Source: an uncultured delta proteobacterium (GTDB lineage Bacteria > Myxococcota_A > Polyangia > Polyangiales > B10-G4). From it: DNA of 64,000 bases. The stretch is taken from assembly GCA_963727445.1 (NCBI GenBank), contig CAVSGI010000010.1, positions 1,440,001-1,504,000 on the forward strand. The letters are read 5' to 3'. How positions within the stretch are numbered: position 1 is the stretch's first letter; each line of letters begins with the position of its first letter. Below are positions 20,107 through 30,190 of the stretch, piece by piece. The notes under the pieces were generated by a model. That model ran no database searches, had not been told where the DNA came from, and saw only the letters and a list, made by a program, of their open reading frames with translations. Position numbers and translations under genes: made by a program.

Positions 20107-21139
20107 GTGTGCTCCCCATGAGGGCGCCGGCGGCGAAGTAGGCGCCCGAGCTGGACGCAGGGAGGATGTCGTACGTCTCGTCGGCGTCGTAGGGGATCGC
20201 CTCGACCGCCGTGACCTCCTCTTCCCCGAGCTGATCACCAATGGCGACGTCGGCGAGCCGGCGACCGTCCGTGGTCGGGTGGCCCGGGCTCATCTCGAAG
20301 GTCCTGCCGCTCGCGAGGGTGACGCGGACGACGCGGTGGCCGGGCGGGGCGAGCCGCGACCCCGCCGCGAGCAGCGGAACAGCCACGATGGCGCCGTCAT
20401 GAATGGAGTAGACCAGGTCGCCCTGCCGCAGGTCCGCGATCGGCCGATCACCATCGGGCGTCGCGATCGGCGTATCGGGCGCGGCGCAGGCGCACGCGCC
20501 CTGGCACGTGCCCGGCCCGGAGACGCAGAAGCCATTGACGCAGGCCCCACAATCACAATCCGCGGGACCGCCGCACCCTCGGACCACACAGCCGTGGACA
20601 TCCGCGCCGGCCGAACCCGCGGCGCAGTCGTGGTTCTCCGGGCAGGTCCAGTCGCCGGGGCAAGCGAGCGGGACGCAATGTCCCATGTCGTCGCACGTCG
20701 CTTCCGTACAATCGCGGCCGCCCATTCGGCAGTCGGCCACGCACTGGGTCCCGACGCCGGTCACGCAGGCGCCGGAGGGAACGTACTCCTCGCACACCTC
20801 CCCATCGGCGCAGTCGGTGTCGTTCTCGCAGGTACGCGGCGCGATCATCTCCACCGGACAGCAACCAGTGCCCGGCGGGTAGCACGCGCCGAAGGACACG
20901 CACTGGTCGTCGCTCGTGCAGGTCGTGCTCATCGGCCCCGGGGCGGTGTAGTCGCTGCAGGTCATCACCGACGCGTCACCCGTCGACGAGTCCCCGGTCG
21001 ACGAATCACCCACCGACGAATCACCCACAGACGAATCGACGGTGATCGCGTCGCCACCGGCGTCCGACGGAGGTAGCCGGTCACCGCCTCCACAGGCAGC
21101 GACGGTGAAGATGACGGCGAGAGCGGCGCGATATCCCAT
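20090..21139 (-). CDS. Cys-rich lipoprotein with C-terminal Hint (Hedgehog/intein-like) domain
   Basis: VAAC lipobox; GDSS repeats; Cys-rich core; Hint block A CAAPDTPIATPDGDRPIADLRQGDLVYS, block B SPGHP, block F TYDIL, end YFAAGALMGS. Confidence 0.88.
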   Translation of the reverse strand: MGYRAALAVIFTVAACGGGDRLPPSDAGGDAITVDSSVGDSSVGDSSTGDSSTGDASVMTCSDYTAPGPMSTTCTSDDQCVSFGACYPPGTGCCPVEMIAPRTCENDTDCADGEVCEEYVPSGACVTGVGTQCVADCRMGGRDCTEATCDDMGHCVPLACPGDWTCPENHDCAAGSAGADVHGCVVRGCGGPADCDCGACVNGFCVSGPGTCQGACACAAPDTPIATPDGDRPIADLRQGDLVYSIHDGAIVAVPLLAAGSRLAPPGHRVVRVTLASGRTFEMSPGHPTTDGRRLADVAIGDQLGEEEVTAVEAIPYDADETYDILPASSSGAYFAAGALMGSTLSPRP

Positions 21140-21236
21140 GTCGGGATGATGCCATGCTCAGGGAGCCCAATTGCGTGCCGGGAGCTTCAATGCGGGCTTC
21201 GTGATGTCCGATGCACCGGTTTGCTAGGATAGAGCG

Positions 21237-21731
21237 ATGCTCAGCACCTCGCTTCGTTTCCTCCTCGCCCTCCTTCTTTCGCTGACCTGCGGCGTCGCGC
21301 TCGGCTGTAGCGATGACTCCACAGCGTCCGACACCGGAACCGCCGACGGGGGTGGAGACGGGGGCGGAGGGGATGGCAGCGCCGCGGATGGCTCGGCCGG
21401 GGATGCAGCCGCTGACTCGAGCAGCGCGGATGGAGCCGCGGACGGCAGCGCCAGCGACGCGGCCGCCGATGGCAGCACCGGCGATGCGAGCGCGGACGGC
21501 AGCGCCGGCGACGCGAGCGCGGACGGAAGCGCCGGCGACGCGGCGACCGGCCCGTGCTCCGGCATGGCGGCGGGAACGGTCTGCCGCCCTGCGGCAGGGC
21601 CCTGTGACATCGAGGAGGTCTGCGCGGGCGACTCGCCGTTTTGTCCGGCGGATGCCCTGGCGGCGTCCGGAACCTCCTGCGGCGAAGGCAACGTCTGCAA
21701 CGGCACCACCGCCGCCTGCCCGGGCGCCTGA
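21237..21731 (+). CDS. Small lipoprotein with Asp/Gly/Ala/Ser linker and disintegrin-like Cys motif
   Basis: ALGC lipobox; ASADGSAGD repeats; GTVCRPAAGPCDIEEVCAGDSPFCPAD. Confidence 0.75.
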   Translation: MLSTSLRFLLALLLSLTCGVALGCSDDSTASDTGTADGGGDGGGGDGSAADGSAGDAAADSSSADGAADGSASDAAADGSTGDASADGSAGDASADGSAGDAATGPCSGMAAGTVCRPAAGPCDIEEVCAGDSPFCPADALAASGTSCGEGNVCNGTTAACPGA

Positions 21732-21765
21732 ACCGACGCCGCTCTCCTCGTCGAAGTCTTCTCGT

Positions 21766-23831
21766 TCACCCGCCGTCGCCGAGGAGCGCGCGGATCTCGG
21801 CGTGGATGTCGGTGATGGGGTTGTCGATGGACAGCGGCATGTCGCGCGGGTGGAAGGGTGGGATCGCGGGCGGCTCGAAGCGCGACTCCTGAAAGCGGTT
21901 TTCGAGCATGCCGTGTCCACCGTCGTAGAAGGTCGCGGTCGCGCCCCCGCTGACCAGCTCGCCGCTGCGCGCGAGGGTAAGCGGGCGATTCGTGGGTAGA
22001 CCCGCGGCGGCGACCATCGCCTGACTGGCGGAGGGCGCCGCGACCTCGTCGAAGGCGCCGAGCTGGAAGAGGAGAGTCGGCGCAGCGCCGTCCGCGACGC
22101 GATCGCGAAGGAGGTGGGGCGCGAGGGCGAGGGGATCGACGCTCGCGAGCGCGGCGCGGTAGAGGTCGAGGATGGGATCGAAGTAGAGACCGCGCTCGGG
22201 CTCGGTGAAGGGGCCGCGGAAGCCGAGGAGGGGAAGGAAGAGCGTCTCGGTGAGCGGGCGGAACTCGGCGGACTGGACGAGGTTGTCGACGACGTTGCCC
22301 GGTGGGACGTTGAGCACCGCGCCCGCGATGCCGTCTTCGATGGAGACGACGAAGGAGGAGACCTCCGCGCCGAGGGAGTTGCCGACGACGTAGATGCGAA
22401 TCGGGATCGAAGGCGAGGGACGCGAGCTCGGGGACGCCGGCCTTCAGCGCGTCGAGATCGCCTTCGCGCAGGAAGCGCAGCGCGCTCATGGCGTCGGCGG
22501 CGAACTGGGTGAGGGAGCCGAGGGCGTAGCGGGGCGAGAGCTCGGTGCCGCTCTCGACGCCCGAAACGCCGAAGACGCGGCCCGACACGTCCAGCGGCTG
22601 GGTCTCGGCGAAGCCGTCGGGCCCCGCTACGTCGCCGCGCAGGGCGTGGCGCTCGTCGACGGCGGAGGCGGCGCGCTCACCGTGCTGGTAGTAGTCGATG
22701 GAGAGGACGGCGACGCCTTCGGGCCCGGCGGTGTCCGCGAGCACGAAGCCGACGACGCGGCTCGAATTGAAGCCGTGGAGCGACAGGACGACGGGCAGGC
22801 GACCGAGCGTCGCGCCCTCGGGGACGATCAGGACGAAGGGCACCTGCTCGCGCGGGCCGGCCTCGAGGTTCCCCGAGGCGTCGCGCAAGAGAGTGCCGAC
22901 GTCGGTGCCGGCGCCGCTCAAGAGGCGCGGCGCGTCGAAGCTGCCGGTGACGACGAGGGCGGTGGAAGCATGCGGGATGGAACGCGTGCCCTCGGTCGCA
23001 GGGTCGGGGGGCACGTCGTTACCCGGACGCATCTCGGAGGGAACGCCGAGGAGCGTGTCGAGCTCGTCACCGCGGAAGACCGTGTCGAGGGTAGCGGCGG
23101 GAGGAATCGCCGTCGCGGATCAGCGTGCGCACCTGGCGGAGCTCGGCGGTGTCGTCGCCGGTGGTGAAGGGGACGAGCGCGGCGAGTGAGGCGCGCGGCA
23201 CGCCGAGGGCGAGGGCCGCGTCGATGGCGGGGGTGATCACGGAGCGCGCCGCCTCGATCTCGGGGCCAGCGGCGGTGCCGTCTCGTAGGGCGAGGAAGTC
23301 GGGCGCCGCAGAGATCGGCAGGCCATCGGCACCGTGAAGGGAAGTGGTGAGCGCGACCGCGTAGGCGTGATCGCGTGCGAGAACGATCCCGGGCGCCGGC
23401 CGCACCGCGAGCAGTCCCTGCGCATCGAAGGCACGGACCCGCACAGGCAGGAGCGCGCCTGCGTCGACATCGACGAGGAGCATCGGATCGTCCGCCGAGG
23501 GATCGGCGTCGATCCCGTCGCCGGCGGGGAGAGAGGCGGCATCGAGGGAGCCGTCGATCGCGAAGTACGCGCCCGACGTGGTCCCGAAGCCGGGCCTGAG
23601 GGCGAGGATCTCCCGGAGCGCATCGTAGGCAGGCCCCGCGGGATCGCCGGGGAGCGCGCCCAGACGAAGCACCCCGGCTTCGTCGCGATGGAGGTCGCTC
23701 GGATAGGGGACGGCCACCATGTCCTCGCGGATCCGGGAGAGGTCGTAGACGGCGACCGTCGCGCTCGATGTGGGGTCCCCTCCGCAAGCCGGGAGGAGAA
23801 GGAAGCAGGTCAGGAGCAGTCGCCCGATCAC
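21766..23831 (-). CDS. Secreted alpha/beta hydrolase (Pla-1/cef-type lipase-like) lipoprotein, interrupted by two single-base insertions (~23105, ~22400)
   Basis: Three consecutive frames join into one protein: LPAC lipobox, PYPSD/GFGTT N-domain, LHGFNS, restored nucleophile elbow GNSLG, GAFDEV, GGHGML. Confidence 0.78.
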
Positions 23832-23944
23832 GCCCAGAGGTTAGCCCGAGGCAGACCCGATGGCCGACCGAGACCGCTCTCAATTTCTCCCGCGCCCTCG
23901 AATTCGGATAAGATGCGGAGGTCGAGCGCGACAGGAGGCTTGAA

Positions 23945-24643
23945 ATGACTTCGATTCGGCTGGGGCTCGTCCCCTTCCTCACCTTGATCCTGGCTCTCGC
24001 CGGCTGCGGCGATGACGGCGGCGGCGGCGATGGCGGCGGTGACACCGGCACCGTGGACAGCGGCGGCGACGGCGGCGGCGGTGACGGCGGCGGCGGCGAT
24101 GGCGGCGGCGGCGACGGCGGCGGCGGTGACGGCAGCATGGGCGACGGCGGCGGCGGCGATGGCGGCGGCGGTGACGGCGGAAGCGGCGCGACCTGCGTCT
24201 CCCACCTCGACCCCGCCTGCAACGACACCGAGTACTGCGACTTCCCGGACAACCTCTGCGGGATGGGCGAGATGGGCGTGTGCACGCCGCGTCCCACCGA
24301 CTGCGACTCGACCGTCTTCGAGAGCGCCTGCGGCTGCAACATGCTCGTCCGCCAGAACTCCTGCGACGTGATGGCGAACGGTTTCGATCTCGACAACAAC
24401 GGAAGCTGCACGCCGGCCGCCGAGACCTACATCTGCGGAAGCCGCGTCTGCCGCGACGGCATGGAGTACTGCGTGCACAACACCTCCGACGTCGCCGGAA
24501 CCCCCGACACCTACGACTGCGTCGCGCTGCCCGCGAGCTGCATGGGCATGACGACCTGTGACTGCTTCGACACCTCGGTCGCGTGCTCGGACATGTGCGC
24601 CTTCGCGGACGGCAACTTCACGCTGACCTGTCCCGGCGGCTGA
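23945..24643 (+). CDS. Cys-rich lipoprotein with Gly/Asp tandem-repeat linker and Kazal-like segment
   Basis: SD AGGAGG; LAGC lipobox; (GGGGD)n; CTPRPTDC...ACGCN...NSC. Confidence 0.8.
   Translation: MTSIRLGLVPFLTLILALAGCGDDGGGGDGGGDTGTVDSGGDGGGGDGGGGDGGGGDGGGGDGSMGDGGGGDGGGGDGGSGATCVSHLDPACNDTEYCDFPDNLCGMGEMGVCTPRPTDCDSTVFESACGCNMLVRQNSCDVMANGFDLDNNGSCTPAAETYICGSRVCRDGMEYCVHNTSDVAGTPDTYDCVALPASCMGMTTCDCFDTSVACSDMCAFADGNFTLTCPGG
24010..24181 (+). repeat. Coding 15-bp tandem repeat (GGCGGCGGCGGYGAY)n encoding GGGGD
   Basis: Directly visible imperfect tandem array. Confidence 0.85.
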
Positions 24644-24666
24644 ACGCAGCCCGCATCTCGCGAGAG

Positions 24667-24698
24667 AATCGCCGGCGCCCCTCGGGTCGCCGGCGATT
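24667..24698. terminator. Probable bidirectional intrinsic terminator
   Basis: AATCGCCGGCG / CGCCGGCGATT perfect 11-bp stem between two convergent stop codons, short T-tract on plus strand. Confidence 0.7.
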
Positions 24699-24703
24699 TT
24701 CGT

Positions 24704-25207
24704 TCAGAGCTTCTCGAGCCTGAGGCGCGTGATCTTCGCCTGCTCGCCCGCGGCGATGCGAAGCTCGGCCGCTTCGTCGTTGTCGATGCGCGACTCGACG
24801 ATGGCGAGCATCTCTTCGGCCGACTTGCCGCTGGCGCAGACGATGAAGATGTAGCCGAAGCGCTCCTCGTAGCGGAGGTTCATGTCGCGCAGGCGGCGAA
24901 GGACCTCCTCCGAGGCGCCGCTCACGCCGGCCTGCTCGCCGGCCGAGAGCTCCGCGGTCCGGGCGAACTTCTCGCGGAGCTTCTCCACGTCGGCGCCGAT
25001 GCGCGGGTGATGCGAGAAGGCCTCCAGGATGTCGGCCCGCTCCATCGTCGCCCACACCGCGTCCGCCGCCGCGAAGAGCGCCGCGTCCGTGCCGAAGGGG
25101 CGCCGCGCGACCATCCCCTCGGCCCACCGGCGCGCGCCGCAGCAGCGCCCGAGGGCGCCCAGCGCCTCGGCCTCGCTCATCGCGTCGAGCGCCGCGGCGG
25201 CGCTCAA
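24704..25207 (-). CDS. uraD: OHCU decarboxylase
   Basis: CCGARRWAEGMVARRPF, EAFSHHPRIG, EQAGV, YEERFGYIFIVCASGKS, EQAKITRLRL; TTG start overlaps alc stop. Confidence 0.93.
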   Translation of the reverse strand: MSAAAALDAMSEAEALGALGRCCGARRWAEGMVARRPFGTDAALFAAADAVWATMERADILEAFSHHPRIGADVEKLREKFARTAELSAGEQAGVSGASEEVLRRLRDMNLRYEERFGYIFIVCASGKSAEEMLAIVESRIDNDEAAELRIAAGEQAKITRLRLEKL

Positions 25208-26250
25208 CCCTGGGCCTCGTCCCGCAAGCCCCAGACGCGCAGGCGGCTCACGCCGCCGTCCGGGAAGATGCGCAGCATCACGTGGGTGAAGGGTCCGCGC
25301 GTCTCGAGCTCGTCGCGGTAGAAGTGCCGATTGTCCGCCTGGAGCTTCTGATTCGGCAGGATCAGCGACCAGTCGCGGCTGGCGAGGAGATCCGTGATGC
25401 GCGATCCGTCCGCGTCGATGCCGAAGAGCTCCGCGCTGTCGGGGAAGTTGCCCTTGAAGTGGTTGGTGTCGATCTCGACGAGACCCACCGTCCCGCGAAC
25501 GGCGAGACGAATGAGGATCCAGTCGTTGCCGGGACCGCGCCGCCGTCGCGTCTCCCAGCCGCCGCCCATGTTCGCCGCGCGACCCGGCGCGAGGAGGTTG
25601 TTCATCGGGCCGAAGAACATGTCGCTGCACGCGAGGGCGATGCCGCCGTTGCCCACCGCGGCGAGATCGACCTCGCCGTCCTTCAGGCGCGGCTTCGTCT
25701 CTTCGTCGACGTGAAGGCGCTCCCAGTCGCAGATGACGTCGCCGTAGACGCGAAGCCGCGCGACGCCGCCGTCGGGGAAGATGTTGAGGCGGACGTGGGT
25801 GTAGACGCCGTCGTCGCGCACCGCGAAGATGTTCTGCCGCCCGGCGCGGAGCGCCACCTGCGCGCGGATCTCCTTCCACTCGGCCTTCTCGAGCTCCGCG
25901 AGGCTGGCCCCCGGATGGGCGTTGGTCGCCTCCACCGACGCGTACGGCGCGTGGTTGCCGAGGAAATGATTGGTGTCGATGTCGAGCCCGTGGATCACAC
26001 CACGCGCGCCCAGCTCGACGACCGCCCAGTCGTGTCCGTCGCCGCGCTTGCGGCGGCTCTCCCAACCGTCCATCCACTTGCCGCGCTCGGTGTACTCGTC
26101 GGGGAGAAACACGCCCCGTCCGGGCTTCACCAGGTTCTCGACGCCCGCAAAGAAGTCGTCGCTGGTCCCGATCGCGCGGCCGCCCAGGGCCTCGGAGGCG
26201 AGATCGACGAGATGGTTGAAGGCGTCGGCTTCGAAGTCCTGCTGGCTCAT
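25204..26250 (-). CDS. alc: Allantoicase
   Basis: Two repeats: WMDGWESRRKR / GGWETRRRR, IDTNHFxGN, IFPDGGVxRLRVxG. Confidence 0.95.
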   Translation of the reverse strand: MSQQDFEADAFNHLVDLASEALGGRAIGTSDDFFAGVENLVKPGRGVFLPDEYTERGKWMDGWESRRKRGDGHDWAVVELGARGVIHGLDIDTNHFLGNHAPYASVEATNAHPGASLAELEKAEWKEIRAQVALRAGRQNIFAVRDDGVYTHVRLNIFPDGGVARLRVYGDVICDWERLHVDEETKPRLKDGEVDLAAVGNGGIALACSDMFFGPMNNLLAPGRAANMGGGWETRRRRGPGNDWILIRLAVRGTVGLVEIDTNHFKGNFPDSAELFGIDADGSRITDLLASRDWSLILPNQKLQADNRHFYRDELETRGPFTHVMLRIFPDGGVSRLRVWGLRDEAQG

Positions 26251-27597
26251 GCGCTTCCTTTCGCCCCCCCGTCCCCACGGTGAAGAAGTGGACGGCCATG
26301 CGAGGTTTGCACCTCGCCGCCGTCGAAGATCTGCTCCCCGCGCAGCCACGTCGCGCGCACCGCGCCACGCGTCGGCCGGCCCAGGTACGGGGAGATCTTG
26401 TGCTTGAAGCGAAGCGCCTCGGGCCGCACCTCGCCCTGCGCGTCGGGATCGAAGGCCAGGAGGTCCGCGTGATGCCCCTTCACGATCGCGCCCTTGCGAT
26501 CGGCGACGCCGGCGAAGCGCGCCGGGGCGCTGCTCATCCACTGTGCGAGGCGCGGCACGTCGACGCCGCGACTCTCGCCTTCGGTCCAAACACTCGTGAG
26601 CCCCAGCGAGAGCGAGGCGATGCCGCCCCAGGCTCCGCCGAAGTCTCCGACCTCGGGGAGCTTCAGCCCGGGCGTGCACGGCGAGTGATCGCTGATCACG
26701 AAGTCGATGACGCCTTCGAGGAGCGCGTCCCAAAGCGCGTCGCGGTTCGCGGCGTCGCGGATCGGCGGCGCGCACTTGAACTCGGTCGCGCCCTTCGGGA
26801 TCTCTTCGGCCGTGAGGCAGAGATAGTGGGGGCAGGTCTCGACGGTGATCGGCAGGCCCTCGGCTTTGGCGTCGCGGAGGATCGGCACGGCGCTCGCGCT
26901 CGAGAGGTGGACGATGTGCACCGGACAGCCGGTCTCGCGGCAGAGCTTCGACCAGGAGCGTGATCGCCGCGTCCTCCCAGGCGCGCGGCCGGGAAGCGAG
27001 CCACGCGTCGTGGGTGGTGGCGCCGGCGGGACAGGGCTCGCCGCCGAGATCGAGCTCTGCGTGCGCGAGGAGCGGAATGCCCGCATCGCGCAGGCGCGGC
27101 ATCGCCTCGCGCAGGTCGGCTTCGGTGGCGTTGGGGAAGTCGTCGATGCCGGAGTGAACGAGGAAGGCCTTCGCGCCGAGCACGCCCGCCTCCGCGAGGC
27201 GCGGCAGCTCGTCCGCGTTGCCCGGCACCACCCCTCCCCAGAACCCGGTGTCGACGTGGAGCGAGTCGTCGGTGGCGTCGAGCTTGATCTTCAGCGCATC
27301 GAGGGTGGTGGTCACCGGCGTGCAGTTGAGCGGCATGTCGACGATGGTGGTGATCCCGCCCGATGCCGCGGCGCGCGTCGCCGTATCGAATCCCTCCCAC
27401 TCGGTCCGCCCCGGCTCGTTGACGTGCACGTGGCAATCGACGAGCCCCGGCAGGATCCACGCGTCGCCCACGTCCTCCACCACCGCCCCTTCGGGCGCCA
27501 CGGTCATCACGCCCGCGATCCGCTCGCCGACGATCAGCACGCTCCCATCGACGACGCCGTCGGGTGTGACGATCTTCCGCGAGCGAATGGCTTTCAT
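26247..27597 (-). CDS. allB: Allantoinase, with one single-base insertion near 26947
   Basis: PGLVDCHVHVNEPGRTEWEGF, DMPLN, HAE in one frame; VHIVHLSS, ETCPHYL, FKCAPPIR, SDHSPC in the next; removing one base restores VELCRETGC. Confidence 0.92.
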
Positions 27598-28832
27598 TCC
27601 GGGGCTGCCTCCGTCGCCGTGTCCGTCGCCGTCGCCGTCTGCGTCTCCGTTGCCGGCAATGCCGTATCCGCCCCCTGGAAATACCAGGCCCCGATCACGT
27701 CCCGCTCCTCTGGCGTGATGTTCGTCATGTTGCCGAGGGGCATGGTCTCGGCGACGACCGCGACGCTGTTGATCCGCGGCGCGAGCGCGCCGATCTGCGC
27801 GGGCGTGTCGAACATTATTCCCTGCGGGGCGACCTGGAAGGCTTCGTGGGTCGGGGTCGCGCTGTGACAGGGCAGGCAGCGCTGCTCCATGATCGCGCGG
27901 ACCTCGACGAACTCCACCGGCCGAAAGTCTGCGTAGCTCTTCGGCGTGGTCACCAGCGCCAGCGCCACCATGCCGAGCGCGCCGACCGGCAGGATCCAGA
28001 CGTTCTTCTGGCCCATGCCGCGCAGGTTGAACCAGTGGCGCACCAGCGCGCCGACTACGGCGATGCCGGTGAGGATCGCCCAGTTCCACTCGTGCCCGTA
28101 GGTGAAGGGGTAGTGGTTGCTCACCATGATGAAGAGCACGGGGAGCGTGAAGTAGTTGTTGTGCCGCGAGCGGATGGCGCCGTCGATGCCCGCTTCGGCG
28201 TCCGGCTCCTCGCCCCGGGTCATGGCGTCCACCATCACGCGCTGCTTCGGGATGATCACGAAGAAGACGTTCGCCGCCATGATCGTGCCGATCAGCGCGC
28301 CCACGTGGATGTAGGCCGCGCGGCTCCCGAAGAGGTGGGTCAGGCCGAAGGCGACGGCGACGAAGAAGACGAAGATGAGGATCGAGAGCGGGACAGGCTT
28401 ACGACCGAGGGGGCTCTTGCAGAGCAGGTGATAGACGAGCCAGCCGCCCGCGAGGGTGCCGAGGCCGATGGCGATGGCGACCCAAGGGCGGAGGATTTCC
28501 ACCCGCTCGTCGATCAGGAAGGTCGTCGGGTCGAGGTAGTAGACGACCGCGAGGAGCGTGAAGCCGCTCAGCCAGGTCGTGTACGCCTCCCACTTGAACC
28601 AGTGCAGGGTCTTGGGGAGCGTCTCGGGGGCGACCGCGTACTTCACGACGCGGTAGAAGTGCCCGCCATGCACCGACCACAGCTCGCCGCCCACGCCCTC
28701 TTCGGCCTTCTCCGGCGGGCGAACGTTGTTGTTCAGCCAGTTGAAGTAGAAAGACGTGCCGATCCATGCGGCTCCGGCGACGATGTGGAGCCAGCGAAGC
28801 GAGAGCGAAAGCCAATCGGTCGCGTGCTCCAC
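27594..28832 (-). CDS. puuD: Membrane urate hydroxylase with C-terminal cytochrome c domain
   Basis: LRWLHIVAGAAWIGTSFYF, LHWFKWEAYTTWLSG, RSRHNNYFTLPVLFIMVSNHY; heme motif CLPCH with MPLGN; operon context. Confidence 0.93.
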   Translation of the reverse strand: MEHATDWLSLSLRWLHIVAGAAWIGTSFYFNWLNNNVRPPEKAEEGVGGELWSVHGGHFYRVVKYAVAPETLPKTLHWFKWEAYTTWLSGFTLLAVVYYLDPTTFLIDERVEILRPWVAIAIGLGTLAGGWLVYHLLCKSPLGRKPVPLSILIFVFFVAVAFGLTHLFGSRAAYIHVGALIGTIMAANVFFVIIPKQRVMVDAMTRGEEPDAEAGIDGAIRSRHNNYFTLPVLFIMVSNHYPFTYGHEWNWAILTGIAVVGALVRHWFNLRGMGQKNVWILPVGALGMVALALVTTPKSYADFRPVEFVEVRAIMEQRCLPCHSATPTHEAFQVAPQGIMFDTPAQIGALAPRINSVAVVAETMPLGNMTNITPEERDVIGAWYFQGADTALPATETQTATATDTATEAAPE

Positions 28833-28900
28833 GGCGGCCGGGTTGTTCCATGATTTCGCGGGTTCGGCAACTCAGCGACCTTCGGGGGTATCATCGAGAG

Positions 28901-30186
<1,286 letters not shown>

Positions 30187-30190
<4 letters not shown>

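Noticed and set aside
20090..20488. True splicing intein
   Set aside because: No terminal His-Asn, no real C-extein, no endonuclease domain
21766..23831. Programmed frameshifting or phase variation in the lipase gene
   Set aside because: No slippery heptamer or homopolymer tract; the same kind of insertion appears in unrelated genes
22918..24411. Extensin-like SPPPP repeat protein on the minus strand
   Set aside because: Antisense reading of the GGGGD repeat of the 23945 lipoprotein
25204..28089. Apparent 961-aa allantoinase-allantoicase fusion
   Set aside because: Artefact of the +1 insertion in allB; alc has its own ATG at 26250 overlapping the true allB stop
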